From assembly GCA_038087875.1 (NCBI GenBank), contig JAXLNO010001818.1, positions 62,001 through 126,000 on the forward strand: a DNA stretch of 64,000 nt. Direction: 5' to 3'. Positions 13,863-26,500 of this stretch are shown here, in pieces. This stretch comes from Malacoraja senta. Lineage: Eukaryota. Within the stretch, counting starts at the first letter, position 1, and the number at the start of each line of letters is the position of its first letter. The position numbers were made by a program, and so were the translations under genes. The notes below the pieces were generated by a model. It was not told the DNA's origin. It did not search any database and saw only the letters and a program-made list of their open reading frames with translations.

Positions 13863-15924
13863 GATTGACATACGTTCTATTCCGTGGTGTGAATCTATAT
13901 CTAAACATGCAAACTTTGCATATAAGAGCAATAAGCTTTAGGCTGAAACTGTTCCTAAAGATTTCATTAATGATCCCTTGTTATTGGATCAAAATGGTAC
14001 TTACTCCAAATTCTATGTACCTCCACAACTGAAAATACATAAGTATTACCTCAACTTAGAGCACTACAATTAGTGTGTAGCATAATGGAAGGTGTTCAGC
14101 CAGAATCTCTCTGGAGGCATTTGATTCATTAATATTCCAGTAATAACTGCAACTGGCAAATACATGGCCTGGCAAACTTGCCCTAAATTGTATTATCCAT
14201 TCCTCTATCCATGCTTACTGTAAACTCTGATAATGCAGCAGTCTAAATTCTACAGCTAAAAATAAGCAAAAATTTGTAAAGTAGGCTTGCTTCCTGCCTA
14301 ATTGAGGGTTGGTGCTCTGTAATGAGCTTATTACCACTTCCAATTAAATGCCTAATTGAGGATTAGTGCTCTTATAATGAGCTTTATACAATGGTTGATG
14401 CTCTATAATGAGCTATATACAACTACCACTTGAATGCAGTCTTAATTCGTAGTCGGATCAAAATCATGTGTTCTCATTTAATAATGGAACCCAAAAATCA
14501 ATAACTGTGTTAGGAAACTGTTTAGATTTATCTTGATGGTTAATAAATCTCCAAAGTGAGCTTGATTCTAACACTCATGGTTCTGTTGTAGTCCGAATGT
14601 TTCCTACAATCAGAATATAGCAATAGACCTGAGCTCTTAGTAAAGCTAATATTAGATTCAACAACCTGTCAAATAGTCTCAGGGCTGAGACAAAACATTA
14701 ATACAATGCTTTAAATTGCCATAATTGGCTCATCCAGATAAAATTAAAATATCTATTATTATTACAATACACAGTCACATGGAAAATGCATATTTTGGAA
14801 ATTGGCTGCTTAACATTAACAAATGTTACCAACTGTTTATTATACTGTACAAAAAAGTTTAAATTTTTCAGATCTAGAATAATTCTACACCCACCATCCT
14901 TATTTGCTCTCATAACATACTTGGCATCAATTGATGGTAATGGTGAACTGACCTCTTAATCATCTCTTTCCCACAATATTTCATGTCTTGTCTGAATCTA
15001 CATATACTCTTATTTTGAGAAATATGTATCTGGTTTCAAATACCTTACTAAGAGAAACCAAAAATGGGTAGAACTACATTCTAAATCCCACAATACTGTA
15101 CAGTATAATATATCAAATTGCCATGTTTTAGCAAGAATTGTAATCTTCCCAACTTGTAAGTGTAAAACATTTACTATGTTTCTTACAGAACCAGACCTCC
15201 TCCTCAGGGTTTGCCTATGGCAATTGTTATCCCCTGATCTTAGTGGAATATTATAACCTCCACATATCTCAGGAGGAGTGCGCCTATAACGCACATATGG
15301 GAAAGACAAAATTGATACTTTACTATCCCCAGTCACCACATATTGGTAGGGAAAACTGCCTTAAGTTGATCTGTCAATCACATAGGATCATACCTTTTTT
15401 GGTTAGATTTCTAAAAACTGATTATTAGGCAATTTAACTATTAGATGGTGTACAGAGCCCCCAAACTTATGGTATATATTAGGTTTTATAGCACTTTTAT
15501 AAATACAGTTATTTGAAAGTGCGCACTACACATGAGTGCTAATTCAACCTTCTTGTGATGTAGACACATGCTCTCCATCCAACCTTTGGTCAAAAAGGCC
15601 TTAATGCCTGACCAGTAATTTCAATACCCTCTCCCCCGCTGAGACTTGCTTATAATGCTCAGTACTGCGGGTTTTATATTTGTAGACAGCTCATACTTGG
15701 TTAGAACCTGGAGCTGCTGCAAGAGTAAGTATTTTATTGACATAGTTTATTTATCTCCCAATGGTTCCTCATCTTTTTGGAACCACAACTTTAATATATT
15801 GTGCCAACGCTGGTCCTATGGCTCTGTATTGGGCTCTAGGCCTCATATGACCCGTTTACTTGAATCTTTGCATGAAATAATCCTCCTCATGGAGGGGCGA
15901 ATTTACAACATGCTTCAAGTATCT

Positions 15925-16455
15925 CTAGCGCTGGCTCTCCCATAGGCCTACGCCTAGCAACCCTTCCAGTTGCTCTCCGTGCGGGCTCTCCTGTAGGCCC
16001 ATCATAGGCAGCCCTCTTTCAGGTGCTGCTGGCGCTGGCTCACCTGTAGGCCAACGTTAACTTCCAAATATAGTTGGCGCTGGCTCTCCTGTAGACCAAC
16101 GCATCCTTTAACCAAGCATTTGCTCACACTGGCTCACCTGTAGGCCAGCGCTGAACCAGACTTTCCCAAATACTTCCTACGCTGGCTCTCCCTTAGGCCA
16201 ATGTTACGCCAGACCTTCTAAAGCACTCCATGCGCTGGCTCTCCTCTAGGCCAAAGCTAACCTGGACCTCCACCAGGCACTCCCTGCACTGGCCCTGTAG
16301 GGACAATGCTAAACCGGACCTTCCCCAGGCACTTCATACACTGACTCTTCTCTAGGCCAACACTAAGCCCGGACCTTCCCCAGGCACTTCATACGCTGGC
16401 TCTCCTTTAGGCCTACGCTAAACCTGGACATTCCCCAGGCATTCCCTGCACTGCC
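15925..16455. repeat. Degenerate ~45-55 bp tandem array (about 11 units) inside the DIRS 5' region
   Basis: Recurrent core gcgctggctctcctgtaggcc with drifting spacers. Confidence 0.85.
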
Positions 16456-17879
16456 TTGCAACTAGATTTTAAATATAACAGACTAGTTACCTGAATCGGG
16501 GATCCTCCGGTCTGACTTCTCTAACGGCCACCTCTATTTCTTATGCGCTCTAATGGCGCTAAACAGTAACCGCTTAAAATTTTTTTTTAAAGGGCGCCCG
16601 CTACTCACAGACCCGCGGTCTTATCTGAGTACACCTCTACAATATTTCTTCATTATGACGTGTTTTCTCCACTACAAGTCTTCTCAAGAAATCAACCTGA
16701 AAACGCAAGTAAACACTTACCTTCAGGTTTTTTACTTACCGGTTTGGAGGAGCTCTGCTCACTCCAAACACATCAGCACTCACGCTATGCGTCTGACGAT
16801 ATGACGCGTGTGCGGTCTGGACGGGTTCTTCTTCACGTAGTCACTCACGTGACTCCGAAGTAAAATAGGTGATAAAGAGTTACAAAGCACTTGTTGAATG
16901 GTTTAGTTAAATGCCTGTAAATTTAGAAACATAGAACATAGAAAACATAGAAAATAGGTGCAGGAGCAGTCCATTCGGTCCTTCGAGCCAGCACCACCAT
17001 TCAATATGATCATGGCTGATCATCTAAAATCAGTACCCCTTTGCTGCTTTTTCCCCATATCCATTCCTTTAGCCCTAAGAGCTAGATCTATCTTTATAAC
17101 AGTTTAATTCATTTAAAACTGATATGAATACTAATAAAGATGGAGTTGTGTCAGTGCCTTCTTTGTCACATCAATTGAGCCCCCACATTGCAGAGGTTTC
17201 AGTCAGCATCCTTGGATAGACATGTCAAGTGATCATCTCATCATTACAATGCAGATGTCTTAACAACAAGTAGGAGTTGCAGAGAACTTGTTAGTTGGGT
17301 TAAGTTAGGGTAAGCTGCATGAGTTAGCGTAAACTCTGCAAGTCAACCTCAAGCAGTGCTCAGTATACCTTCCCTGCTTTGACAGAGGGATCAGATAACA
17401 AAGTTAATAAAGTATAGCTGTGATTAACAGTCAAAAGGTCATAGATCCATGGTTTGTGTGCCACTGTGGGGCAAATGCAGGCTGCATATTAATTTCTGTA
17501 AACACCTAGGGAGAAGGAACCAGTTCCATAAGGAGAGGCTTACTTAACTTTGTGCTGGAAAATAAAATACCTCCCTATAATACTTCATGGAGTGGACCAA
17601 GGTAGTGGGGGTTCAAATGAGGAACCATTTAGAAAATTAAAGACAAATTACAAGATGGTTGTGCAAGGTAACAAATGTGTAATAAGACCAATGTTGTCAG
17701 GATGGATCAGAACCCCTGCAGGTAAAAAGTACCCTCCAAATAGAGAGGAGAGAAAAATGATAAACAGACAAAATAAAAATACATTTTACCTGAACCCATG
17801 AAGCATTCATTATAATATCATCACATAGGTAGCATAAATATAAATAAACAGTATCATTTAAATATAAAGACCATTGGTT

Positions 17880-18940
17880 ATAAGAAGAGGTTGGACAAAC
17901 TTGGATTGTTTTCTCTGGAATGTCAGAAGCTGACGGGCTACCTGAGAGAATTATGTCGGGGTGGGAGATTGCAACCTTCACGTGGTCCACCCTGTTTCAA
18001 CGAGTGCAATCAACCTGGCGTGCACAAACAGATCAAACGGAACAAATTGTCTTACAACTTTAGGCTGTGCACGCCATACGCAAGAAAAATATAGAATTAT
18101 ATTAATTTATGAGAGGTGATGATAGGCCAGATTATCAGAATCTTTTTTCCAGGGTGAGATACTTAGCACTTGTCCGACTTAAATTCCATCTGTCAGTCCC
18201 CAGCCCAAGCTAATACTGATCATGTTGTAATCTTAGATAACCTTCTTCACTTCACTATACCAAAAATGTTGGTCTTATCCATAATCTTAGTAACCATGCC
18301 ACCTACACGTTCAGCCAAATCATATAGTTGAGAAACAAGATATCCCTGTGGCATACCCTGGGTCACAGGCCGCCAATTTGATCAACAACTCTCCACTATC
18401 ACTCTCTGACTTCTACCACCAAGCCAATTTGGTATTCAATTTTGCTAGCTCATCCTGGATCCTATGTGATCTAACCTTCAAGACCAGCCTACCATGTGGG
18501 AGCTTATCAAAGACCTCACTAAATACCCTGCAGTCAATGTCTACTAACCTGCCCTTGTCAATCCTCTGCCACCTCTTGAAAAAACGTAATCAAATTTAGG
18601 AGATGCAATTTCCCATGCATAAAGCCATGCTGGCTATCCATAAATCAGTCCTTGCCTTTCCGAATGCTGGTGGATCCAATCTCTCAGAATTCCCTTCAGT
18701 AACTTTCCCACCACTGATGTTGGGCTCTCCAGGCTATAGTTCCCTAGCCTATCCTCTCCTGAAATAAAGGCACAACTTTAGCCACCCTTCTGTCTTCCGA
18801 TACCTTACCTATGGTTAACGATGAATTAAATATCTCTGCCCGAACCCCTGCAATTTATTTCCTCCCATCCCACAATGTTCTAGGGTACACTCGGTCAGGC
18901 TCCAGGGATTTATCTACCTTTATGTGTTTTAAGGCAGCCT
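17880..18940. mobile_element. Degenerate CR1 fragments in both orientations
   Basis: MDKLGLFSLECQKL on the plus strand; minus-strand RT-region matches (catggctttatgcatgggaaat, ataagctccc). Confidence 0.65.
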
Positions 18941-19181
18941 TAATAATAAGCAACTGACCTACCAACCAGCGTGTACTTGGGATACGAGAGGAAACTGGAC
19001 TACCTAAATTTTTATTAATCAGTTAATAAATACTATAAATCAATAAGAACTCCATAAATAAAGAACCAAAATGAATAGGAACTTAAAAGCAAAAAGCTGC
19101 AGCTGCTAGATATGTGAAATAAAAACAGAAAACACTAAATGGAAATATCAAAATATAAAACATAAAATGTAGGTGGAATAC

Positions 19182-19969
19182 CTTTGGATAAATAGCCTCT
19201 CTTCTCCGATTAAAACATCTCTTATATATCCACGTCCAGCATGATTGATTCGAGTAGAACACGGAAGATTTTCTGGTTTGTAACAAAACCAAGGCTCACC
19301 TGTCCTGAGATCAGTAAAGTTACATAGTGGTTTAGTTGGAGTTAAAAACACATTGCAAACAGTAGTCTTTGAAATAGCTCCAGCCTTGAAAGTGCTTTTC
19401 ATATAAATTCGATCTGGTCGTTCTTCACGCAGCCGTTTTAGTACTTTGATCCCTTCACTGGGATGAATTAGGGAAACTGACACTTGGACTTTTCCTGGCC
19501 AGGATAAAGTAAAATTAATGTAATAATATCCATTTTGGTTATCTATAACTGTTCCTGCTGAACCAGCCTTTAACTCTGGGGTGTGAATCCGCGCTTGCAG
19601 ATAGCCACCTCCATATTGTTTTGGATTTCCATCAAAGTCAAACATTCGCAGCATCACTTGCAATTGATCTCCAACGTGGAAAGTCTTCTCAGAATTTAAA
19701 ATGATAAAGCAAGTATGCAATGGGTCGGTGCTTTTCCTAAAGGGCACACTGGGATCGGGAGGCATTGGCCATTCAATCATTTTCATCAGTACTGTACCCT
19801 CTGTTCTTTCTTCAAGGGTGAAGCTATGATTCTGATAGCCATACTTCACCAGCTTGTGGATCCAATCAGTCTTTGGCATTTTTACTTCCTGCTGTAGTGT
19901 GGAATGATTCTTCCGAGCTGGGTATCTGATCCACACTGACTTTGCTCCGGAAATTGAAAATTGCGGGAA
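19182..19969 (-). CDS. nxpe3: NXPE3-like gene, large coding exon (788 bp): stem, Ig/filamin-like domain and Cys-rich region
   Basis: Acceptor gctgttttccatag|TTC (phase 0) and donor CAA AG|gtattc (phase 2). The open frame has STDP, VGDQLQV, YLQARIHTPELKAG, NGYY..FTLSWPGKVQVSVSLIHPSEG and CNFTDLRTGEPWFCYKP..LPC, all typical of NXPE3. Confidence 0.93.
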
Positions 19970-20445
19970 CTATGGAAAACAGCAAATTCAATGAATTTTT
20001 TTTTCAAATAGTTTTACACCATTTATAATCATCAAGACTAAAAATTACAAATTTTAGTTTCAATCACAGAATTTTTACAACATGATTATAATATTATTAT
20101 TCAAGATTCAAGAATGTTTTCTTGTCATATGTATTAGAACGGAACAATGACATTCTTACATGCAGCAGCAGCACAACAGGTTTGCAACACAGTACTCAAT
20201 AGATTAAATCATAAACAAACAAAAAAAGATAGACAATAGGCGCAGGAGTAGGCCATTCGGCCCTTCCAGCCAGCACCGCCATTCAATGGGGTTGGGGACT
20301 GGACATTGTGCCTTCCCCCACAGTGCTGGTCATATAACCATATAATATAACCATAACAGCATGGAAACAGGCCATCTCGGCCCTTCACGTCCGTGCCGAA
20401 CATTTGTTTTAATTTTTTTTTTTAATTAAAAATAAATACTTCCCC

Positions 20446-21245
20446 CTAGTCCCATCTACCTGCACTCAGACCATAACCCTCCATTCCTTTCCCGTCCATA
20501 TACCCATCCAATCTATTTTTAAAGGATAACATCGAACCTGCCTCTACCACTTCCACTGGAAGCTCATTCCACACAGCTACCACTCTCTGAGTAAAGAAGT
20601 TCCCCTTAATGTTCCCCCTAAACTTCTGTCCCTTAATTCTCAAGTCATGTCCCCTTGTTTGAATCTTCCCTACTCTCAATGGGAAAAGCTTATCCACGTC
20701 CACTCTGTCTAACCCGCTCATAATTTTAAAGACCTCTATCAAGTCCCCTGTTAACCTTCTGCGCTCCAAAGAATAAAGACCTAACTTGTTCAACCTTCCT
20801 CTGTAACTTAGTTGCTGAAACCCAGGCAACATTCTAGTAAATCTCCTCTGTACTCTCTCTATTTTGTTGACATCCTTCCTATAATTAGGCGACCAAAATT
20901 GTACTCCATACTCCAGAATTGGCCTCACCAATGCCTTGTACAATTTTAACATTACATCCCAACTTCTATATTCAATGCTCTGATTTATAAAGGCCAGCAC
21001 ACCAAAAGCTTTCTTTACCACCCTATTTACATGAGATTCCACCTTCAGGGAACTATGCACAGTTATTCCTAGATCCCTCTGTTCAACTGCATTCCTCAAT
21101 TCGCTACCATTTACCGTGTACGTCCTATTTTGATTTGTCCTGCCGAGATGTAGCACCTCACATTTGTCAGCATTAAACTCCATCTGCCATCTTTCAGCCC
21201 ACTCTTCCAAATGGCCTAAATCTCTCTGTAGACTTTGAAAATCTA
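20446..21245 (-). mobile_element. CR1 3' portion (second subfamily) with an intact 254-aa ORF2 C-terminus
   Basis: WQMEFNADKCEVLHLG, DLGITV, RPILEYGVQFWSP and VWNELP. Confidence 0.92.
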
Positions 21246-21249
21246 CTTG

Positions 21250-21526
21250 TGGGGGGATGACTTTTGTGTGCTGTGCCTGTTAGTTTGTGTGCAAGATGGC
21301 GGTCGGAGGGGAGAGTGGACGCTGGCGCGAATTGGCTGCCGCTGCTCTCTCCTCAAATTGTGTTTCTTATTTTCTTTTTGTGCTTTTGTACTTGAATTCT
21401 GTCCTTGATTTGTGTACTGTCGTGTTTTTATATTTAATTTACTCCGATTATGTGTTTTGTATTTTTGTGATTCTATGCCTTGTAAGGTGTCCTTGGGTTT
21501 TAGAAAGGCACCAGTAAATAAAATGA

Positions 21527-21552
<26 letters not shown>
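21250..21552 (+). mobile_element. L2-type 3' tail element (L2 3'UTR or L2-mobilised SINE)
   Basis: Ends in gtaaggtgtccttggg...gaaaggcac...taaataaaatgaa(tta)n, the typical L2 3' stem-loop and tail. Confidence 0.65.
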
Positions 21553-21554
<2 letters not shown>

Positions 21555-21557
<3 letters not shown>

Positions 21558-22520
21558 CCATGGCTAATCATCTGCAATCAGTACCCCGTTCCTGCCTTCT
21601 CTCCATATCCCTTAATTTCGCTATCCCTAAGAGCTCTATCTAACTCTTTCTTGAAAGCATCCGGAGAACCAGCCTCCACCGCCTCTGAGGCAGAGAATTC
21701 CACACATTAACAACTCACTGTGTGAAAAAGATTTTTCTCATCTCCGTTCTAAATGGCTTACCCCTTATTCTTAAACTATGGCCCCTGGTTCTGGACTCCC
21801 CAAACATTTGGAACATGTTTCCTGCCTCCAATGTGTCCAAACCCATATTATCTTATATGTTTCAATAAGATGCCCTCTCATCCTTCTAAATTCCAGAGTA
21901 TACAAGCCCAGCCGCTCCAATCTATCAACATATGACAGTCCTGCCATCTCGGGAATTAACCTTGTGAACCTACACTGCACTCCCTCAATAGCAAGAATGA
22001 CCTTCCTCAAGTTTGGAGACCAAAACTGCACACAATACTACAGGTCTGATCGCACTAGGGCCCTGTACAACTGCAGGAGGACCTCTTTGCTCCTATACTC
22101 AACTCCTCTTGTTATGAAGACCAACATGCCATTCGTTTTCTTCTCTTCCTGCTGTACCTGCATGCTTACTTCCAGTGAGTGATGAACAAGGACCCCCAGA
22201 TGTCGTTGTACTTCCCCTTTTCCCAACTTGGCACCATTTAGATAATAATCTGCCTCCCTGTTTTTGCCACCAAAGTGGATAACCTCACATTTATCCACAT
22301 TAAACTGCATTTGCCCACTCACCCAACCTGTCCAAATCACCCTGCATCCTCATAGCATCCTCCTCACAGTTCACACCCAGCTTTTTGTCATCTGAAAATT
22401 TGCTAATGTTACTTTTAATCCCTTCATCCAAATCATTAATATATATTTTAAATAGCTGCGGTCCCAGCACCGAGCCTTGCGGTACCCCACTAGTCACTGC
22501 CTGCCATTCAGAAAGGTACC
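21555..22520 (-). mobile_element. CR1 fragment (RT to 3' end), frameshifted
   Basis: ORFs 22300..22551, 22038..22340 and 21771..22031 carry GVPQGSVLGP, KFSDD and QFWSP. Confidence 0.9.
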
Positions 22521-23659
22521 CGTAAAAGATGGCGCCTGCCTGTGGCGACATTTTGCCATCAGCTCAACAGAAGAGAATTATTTATAGCTTCACTCAACTC
22601 ACCTGGATCAGAGAAATGGCAGAAATCAGTGCCGTAATGGACAATCTAAATCGTCTATATTTTGTGTTGTCTACCCATAGTCAATATCTTTATACTAAAT
22701 ATCAGTTTGTCCCATGTATTGTGCAAAAAATATTTTTTTTGATTATATTGAGTGGATGTTTCTAGATTAATTTATGGGAATTAAACTTCAAATTCCTTCC
22801 ATCTGGCATATGAATTCATGACAGTGAGATTTAAAAATCATGTTATATTGTGAATTCTTGTGTGACTGGGATTAGTTTGTTATTTGGATACTTAGGCTAT
22901 TTAAAAAAAAATCCTTTTCTTAAGAAATGGAATCTACAGGACATTCTTAATGGGAGAGTAGTGGGCAGAAAGGCATGTCATGCGTGGTTTGAAGAGCAAA
23001 AACTTGTAGTTTACAATGCCAAAATTGAAAAGTTGAGGAAAAACAAGGTGTACAGAGTTACAGTCTGAGGAGTATGATGATGCTACTGATTATGATATGC
23101 CAATGTACCAGCTAGCAACTGATCTTCTCCATAAAGACCTAGTCTATTGCTAGAAATTGCAATTTATTTACCTATCTGTTACGGACTTACAGCATATAAT
23201 ACAACAATATTAAAGTTCTGATCTTGAGAATATCACATTTTTGAATTTTCAAGGCAGTCTGGGTGTTTATTACAATTTCCGTCACAACGGTCAATTTTGT
23301 AATTGACTACAATTAGGTAATTAACTAATTATATGCCTTAATTTCAGGTCATCCAAGTAAGATGTTTTCATTTGTTTCAGAATGCTTCAATCTATAATAA
23401 CTGAAAATTGCATTCAGTTCTCTTAATTTTTAAGAAAGTTATGGGCTTTTGACTGTCCTCGATCACAGCTTTTGTGTTGTCAATGCAAAAGCAATAGGGA
23501 ACAAGATGGTAATTTCCCAGTATGAAAATGGCCATAACCTTTTTAATACTGAAGATATGAAGGTGAATTAGGTGTCAAATTAAATTTTTTTTAATGTGTT
23601 ATCTGATGGGATAAATTGCAGACTTTATTTTTAAAATCTCAAAATTTTGTAACATTGCT

Positions 23660-23915
23660 AAATTGTGTCCGGAAACGTGGCCGACGGGCAGGATTTCAGG
23701 TCAGACTGAAGCGCAGGGGACTTCGATCCCCTCTCCCTACTATCGTACTACAACTCTGTGTGGTGCTCAGACGTGGCAGTCCTGTCCAACTCCTGCTCTC
23801 CACACCTCGAACACCTGGCTGTGAAGTGCCATTCCTTCTACCAACTGAGGGAATTCACCTCCATCATCCTGACCGCGGTCTACATCCCACCCCTGGCTGA
23901 TGCCCATCTGGCACT
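23660..23915 (+). mobile_element. Rex1/Babar-type LINE 5' (endonuclease) fragment
   Basis: RKRGRRAGFQVRLKRRG..PLP and CSPHLEHLAVKC...REFTSIILTAVYIPP in ORFs 23616..23900 and 23758..24003. A probable 5' start (aagatggcgcc) lies near 22526. Confidence 0.75.
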
Positions 23916-24214
23916 TCAAGATCAAACTTCAAACGCTAAGTTCTCATTTAATCTTTCTATTTTTCACAGTTATCAATTTAATGCGTGGTGGCATGGGCGT
24001 TAAGGGCCTGTCCCACGAGCATGCGACTGCATGCGGCTAGTGCGACCTAACGTGGTCACGCTAGCCGTGCGGCCTCGCAGGGCCGTTGCTACTTCGATCG
24101 CCGGAGCCGTATGGAGTTGTGCGGAGCTGGTCCCGACATCGCACGGGGCTCCGTAAAACTGACAGTGTTCAAAAATTCTGCGCGTCAACGGCCTGCCGGC
24201 CCGCTGCTGCATTG

Positions 24215-24420
24215 AGGCCGCACGCACCGCCTCAACGCCGCACGCACCACCACGACACCACAAGCACCGCCTCGACGCCACAAGCGCCGCCTCGACGCCA
24301 CACGCACCGCCTCAACGCCGCACGCACCACCATGACGCAACAAGCACCACCTCGACGCCACAAGCACCGCCTCGACGCCACAAGCACCGCCTCGACGCCA
24401 CACGTCAGCGTCTTGACGCC
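24215..24420. repeat. ~20-bp GC-rich tandem repeat inside the MITE
   Basis: Unit approximately accgcctcgacgccacaagc. Confidence 0.9.
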
Positions 24421-24421
24421 G

Positions 24422-25970
24422 TGGTGTTTGGTAAATTGAATGGATTAAAGGCCGATAAATCCCCAGGGCCAGATAGGCTGCATCCCAGAGTGCTTAAGGA
24501 AGTAGCCCCAGAAATAGTGGATGCATTAGTGATAATTTTTCTAAACTCTTTAGATTCTGCAGTAGTTCCTGAGAATTGGAGGGTAGCTAATGTAACCCCC
24601 CTTTTTAAAAAGGGAGGGAGAGAGAAAGCGGGGAATTACAGACCAGTTAGTCTAACATCGGTAGTGGGGAAACTGCTAGAGTCAGTTATTAAAGATGGGA
24701 TAGCAGCACATTTGGAAAGTGGTGAATCTTATGGAATTTTTCGAGGATGTAACTGGTAGAGTGGATAAGGGAGAACCAGTGGATGTGTTATATCTGGACT
24801 TTCAGAAGGCTTTCGACAAGGTCCCACATAAGAGATTAGTATACAAACTTAAAGCACACGGTATTGGGGGTTCAGTATTTATGTGGATAGAGAACTGGCT
24901 GGCAGACAGGAAGCAAAGAGTAGGAGTAAACGGGTCCTTTTCAGAATGGCAGGCTCTACTAGTGGGGTACCGCAAGGCTCAGTGCTGGGACCCCAGCTAT
25001 TTACAATATATATTATTGATTTGGATGAGGGAATTGAATGCAACATCTCCAAGTTTGCGGATGACACAAAGCTGGGGGGCAGTGTTAGCTGTGAGGAGGA
25101 TGCTAGGAGGGTGCAAGGTGACTTGGATGGGCTGGGTGAGTGGGCAAATGCATGGCAGATGCAGTATAATGTGGATAAATGTGAGGTTATCCACTTTGGT
25201 GGCAAAAACAGGAAAGAAGACTATTATCTAAATGGTGGCCAATTAGGAAAAGGGGAGATGCAACGACACCTGTGTGTCATGGTACACCAGTCATTGAAAG
25301 TAGGCATGCAGGTGCAGCAGGCAGTGAAGAAAGCAAATGGTATGTTAGCATCATAGCAAAAGGATTTGAGTATAGGAGCAGGGAGGTTCTACTGCAGTTG
25401 TACAGGGCCTTGATGAGAGCACACCTGGAGTATTGTGTACAGTTTTGGTCTCCTAATCTGAGGAAAGACATTCTTGCCATAGAGGGAGTAGAGAGAAGGT
25501 TCACCAGACTGATTCCTGGGATGTCAGGACTTTCATATGAAGAAAGACTGGATAGACTCGGCTTGTACTCGCTAGAATTTAGAAGATTGAGGGGGGATCT
25601 TATAGAAACGTATAAAATTCTTGAGGGGTTGGACAGGCTAGATGTAGGAAGATTGTCCCCGATGTTGGGGAAGTCCAGAACAAGGGGTCACAGTTAAGGA
25701 TAAGGGGGAAATCTTTTAGGAAATCATTTTTTACACAGAGAGTGGTGAATCTGTGGAACTCTCTGCCACAGAATGTAGTTGAGGCCAGTTCATTGGCTAT
25801 ATTCAAGAGGGAGTTAGATGTGGCCCTTGTGGCTAAAGGGATCAGGGGGTATGGAGAGAAGGCAGGTACAGGATACTGAGTTGGATGATCAGCCATGATC
25901 ATATTGAATGGCGGTGCAGGCTCGAAGGGCCGAATGGCCTACTCCTGCACCTATTGTCTATGTTTCTATG
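24422..25970 (+). mobile_element. 5'-truncated CR1 inserted in the MITE
   Basis: ORFs 24421..24759, 24719..25231, 24883..25356 and 25272..25697 are consecutive CR1 ORF2 pieces. The flanks share CAGCGTCTTGACGCCG (24406-24421, 25975-25990). Confidence 0.92.
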
Positions 25971-26089
25971 TACGCAGCGTCTTGACGCCGAACGCAGCGT
26001 CTTGACATCACAGCCCGACGCCGTGCGACGTCCAGATTCAGTCGGCCTGCCTCCTGCCCAGCTGATTGGCGAGTTTGATGTCGGGACCG

Positions 26090-26500
26090 GACCGGCCCCG
26101 CACAACTCCACGCGGCCCCGCACAACTCCACGCGGCCCCGCACTGCACAACTCCACGCGGCCCCGCACAACTCCACGCGGCCCCGCACAACTCCACGCGG
26201 CCCCGCACAACTCCACGCGGCCCCGCACAACTCCACGCGGCCCCGCACAACTCCACACGGCCCCGCACAACTCCACACGGCCCTGCACAACCCCGCGGTT
26301 GGAAGTGGGACGGCCCCGCACAACTCCACACGGCCCCGCGGTTGGAAGTGGGACCGGCCCCGCACAACTCCACACGGCCCCGCGGTTGGAAGTGGGACCG
26401 GCCCCGCACAACTCCACACGGCCCCGCGGTTGGTAGTGGGACCGGCCCCGCACAACTCCACACGGCCCCGCGGTTGGAAGTGGGACCGGCCCCGCGCGGC
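26090..26500. repeat. 20-bp tandem repeat (cggccccgcacaactccaca), turning into a composite unit with cggttggaagtgggac
   Basis: Directly visible; it explains the overlapping low-complexity ORFs 25885..26665. Confidence 0.95.

Larger units (their letters stand above)
11441..16868 (-). mobile_element. DIRS1-type tyrosine-recombinase retrotransposon; termini intact, ORFs decayed
   Basis: Inverted terminal repeats (about 11509-11549 versus 16802-16842). The internal complementary region (about 11661-11772) pairs with both termini and has junction AATCTTA-CTA-TTTTAC. RT remnant KDGGCRIILDLKNLN (14698..14913); methyltransferase-like VLVVPDW...PWYP near 13010-13045; YR remnant WLKHVLLDAGID..KFKSYFTRA...YYHK (11894..12202). 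Confidence 0.9.

Noticed and set aside
24215-26500. Regularly spaced short repeats resembling a CRISPR array
   Set aside because: They are contiguous tandem units without unique spacers, inside a eukaryotic MITE, with no cas genes.
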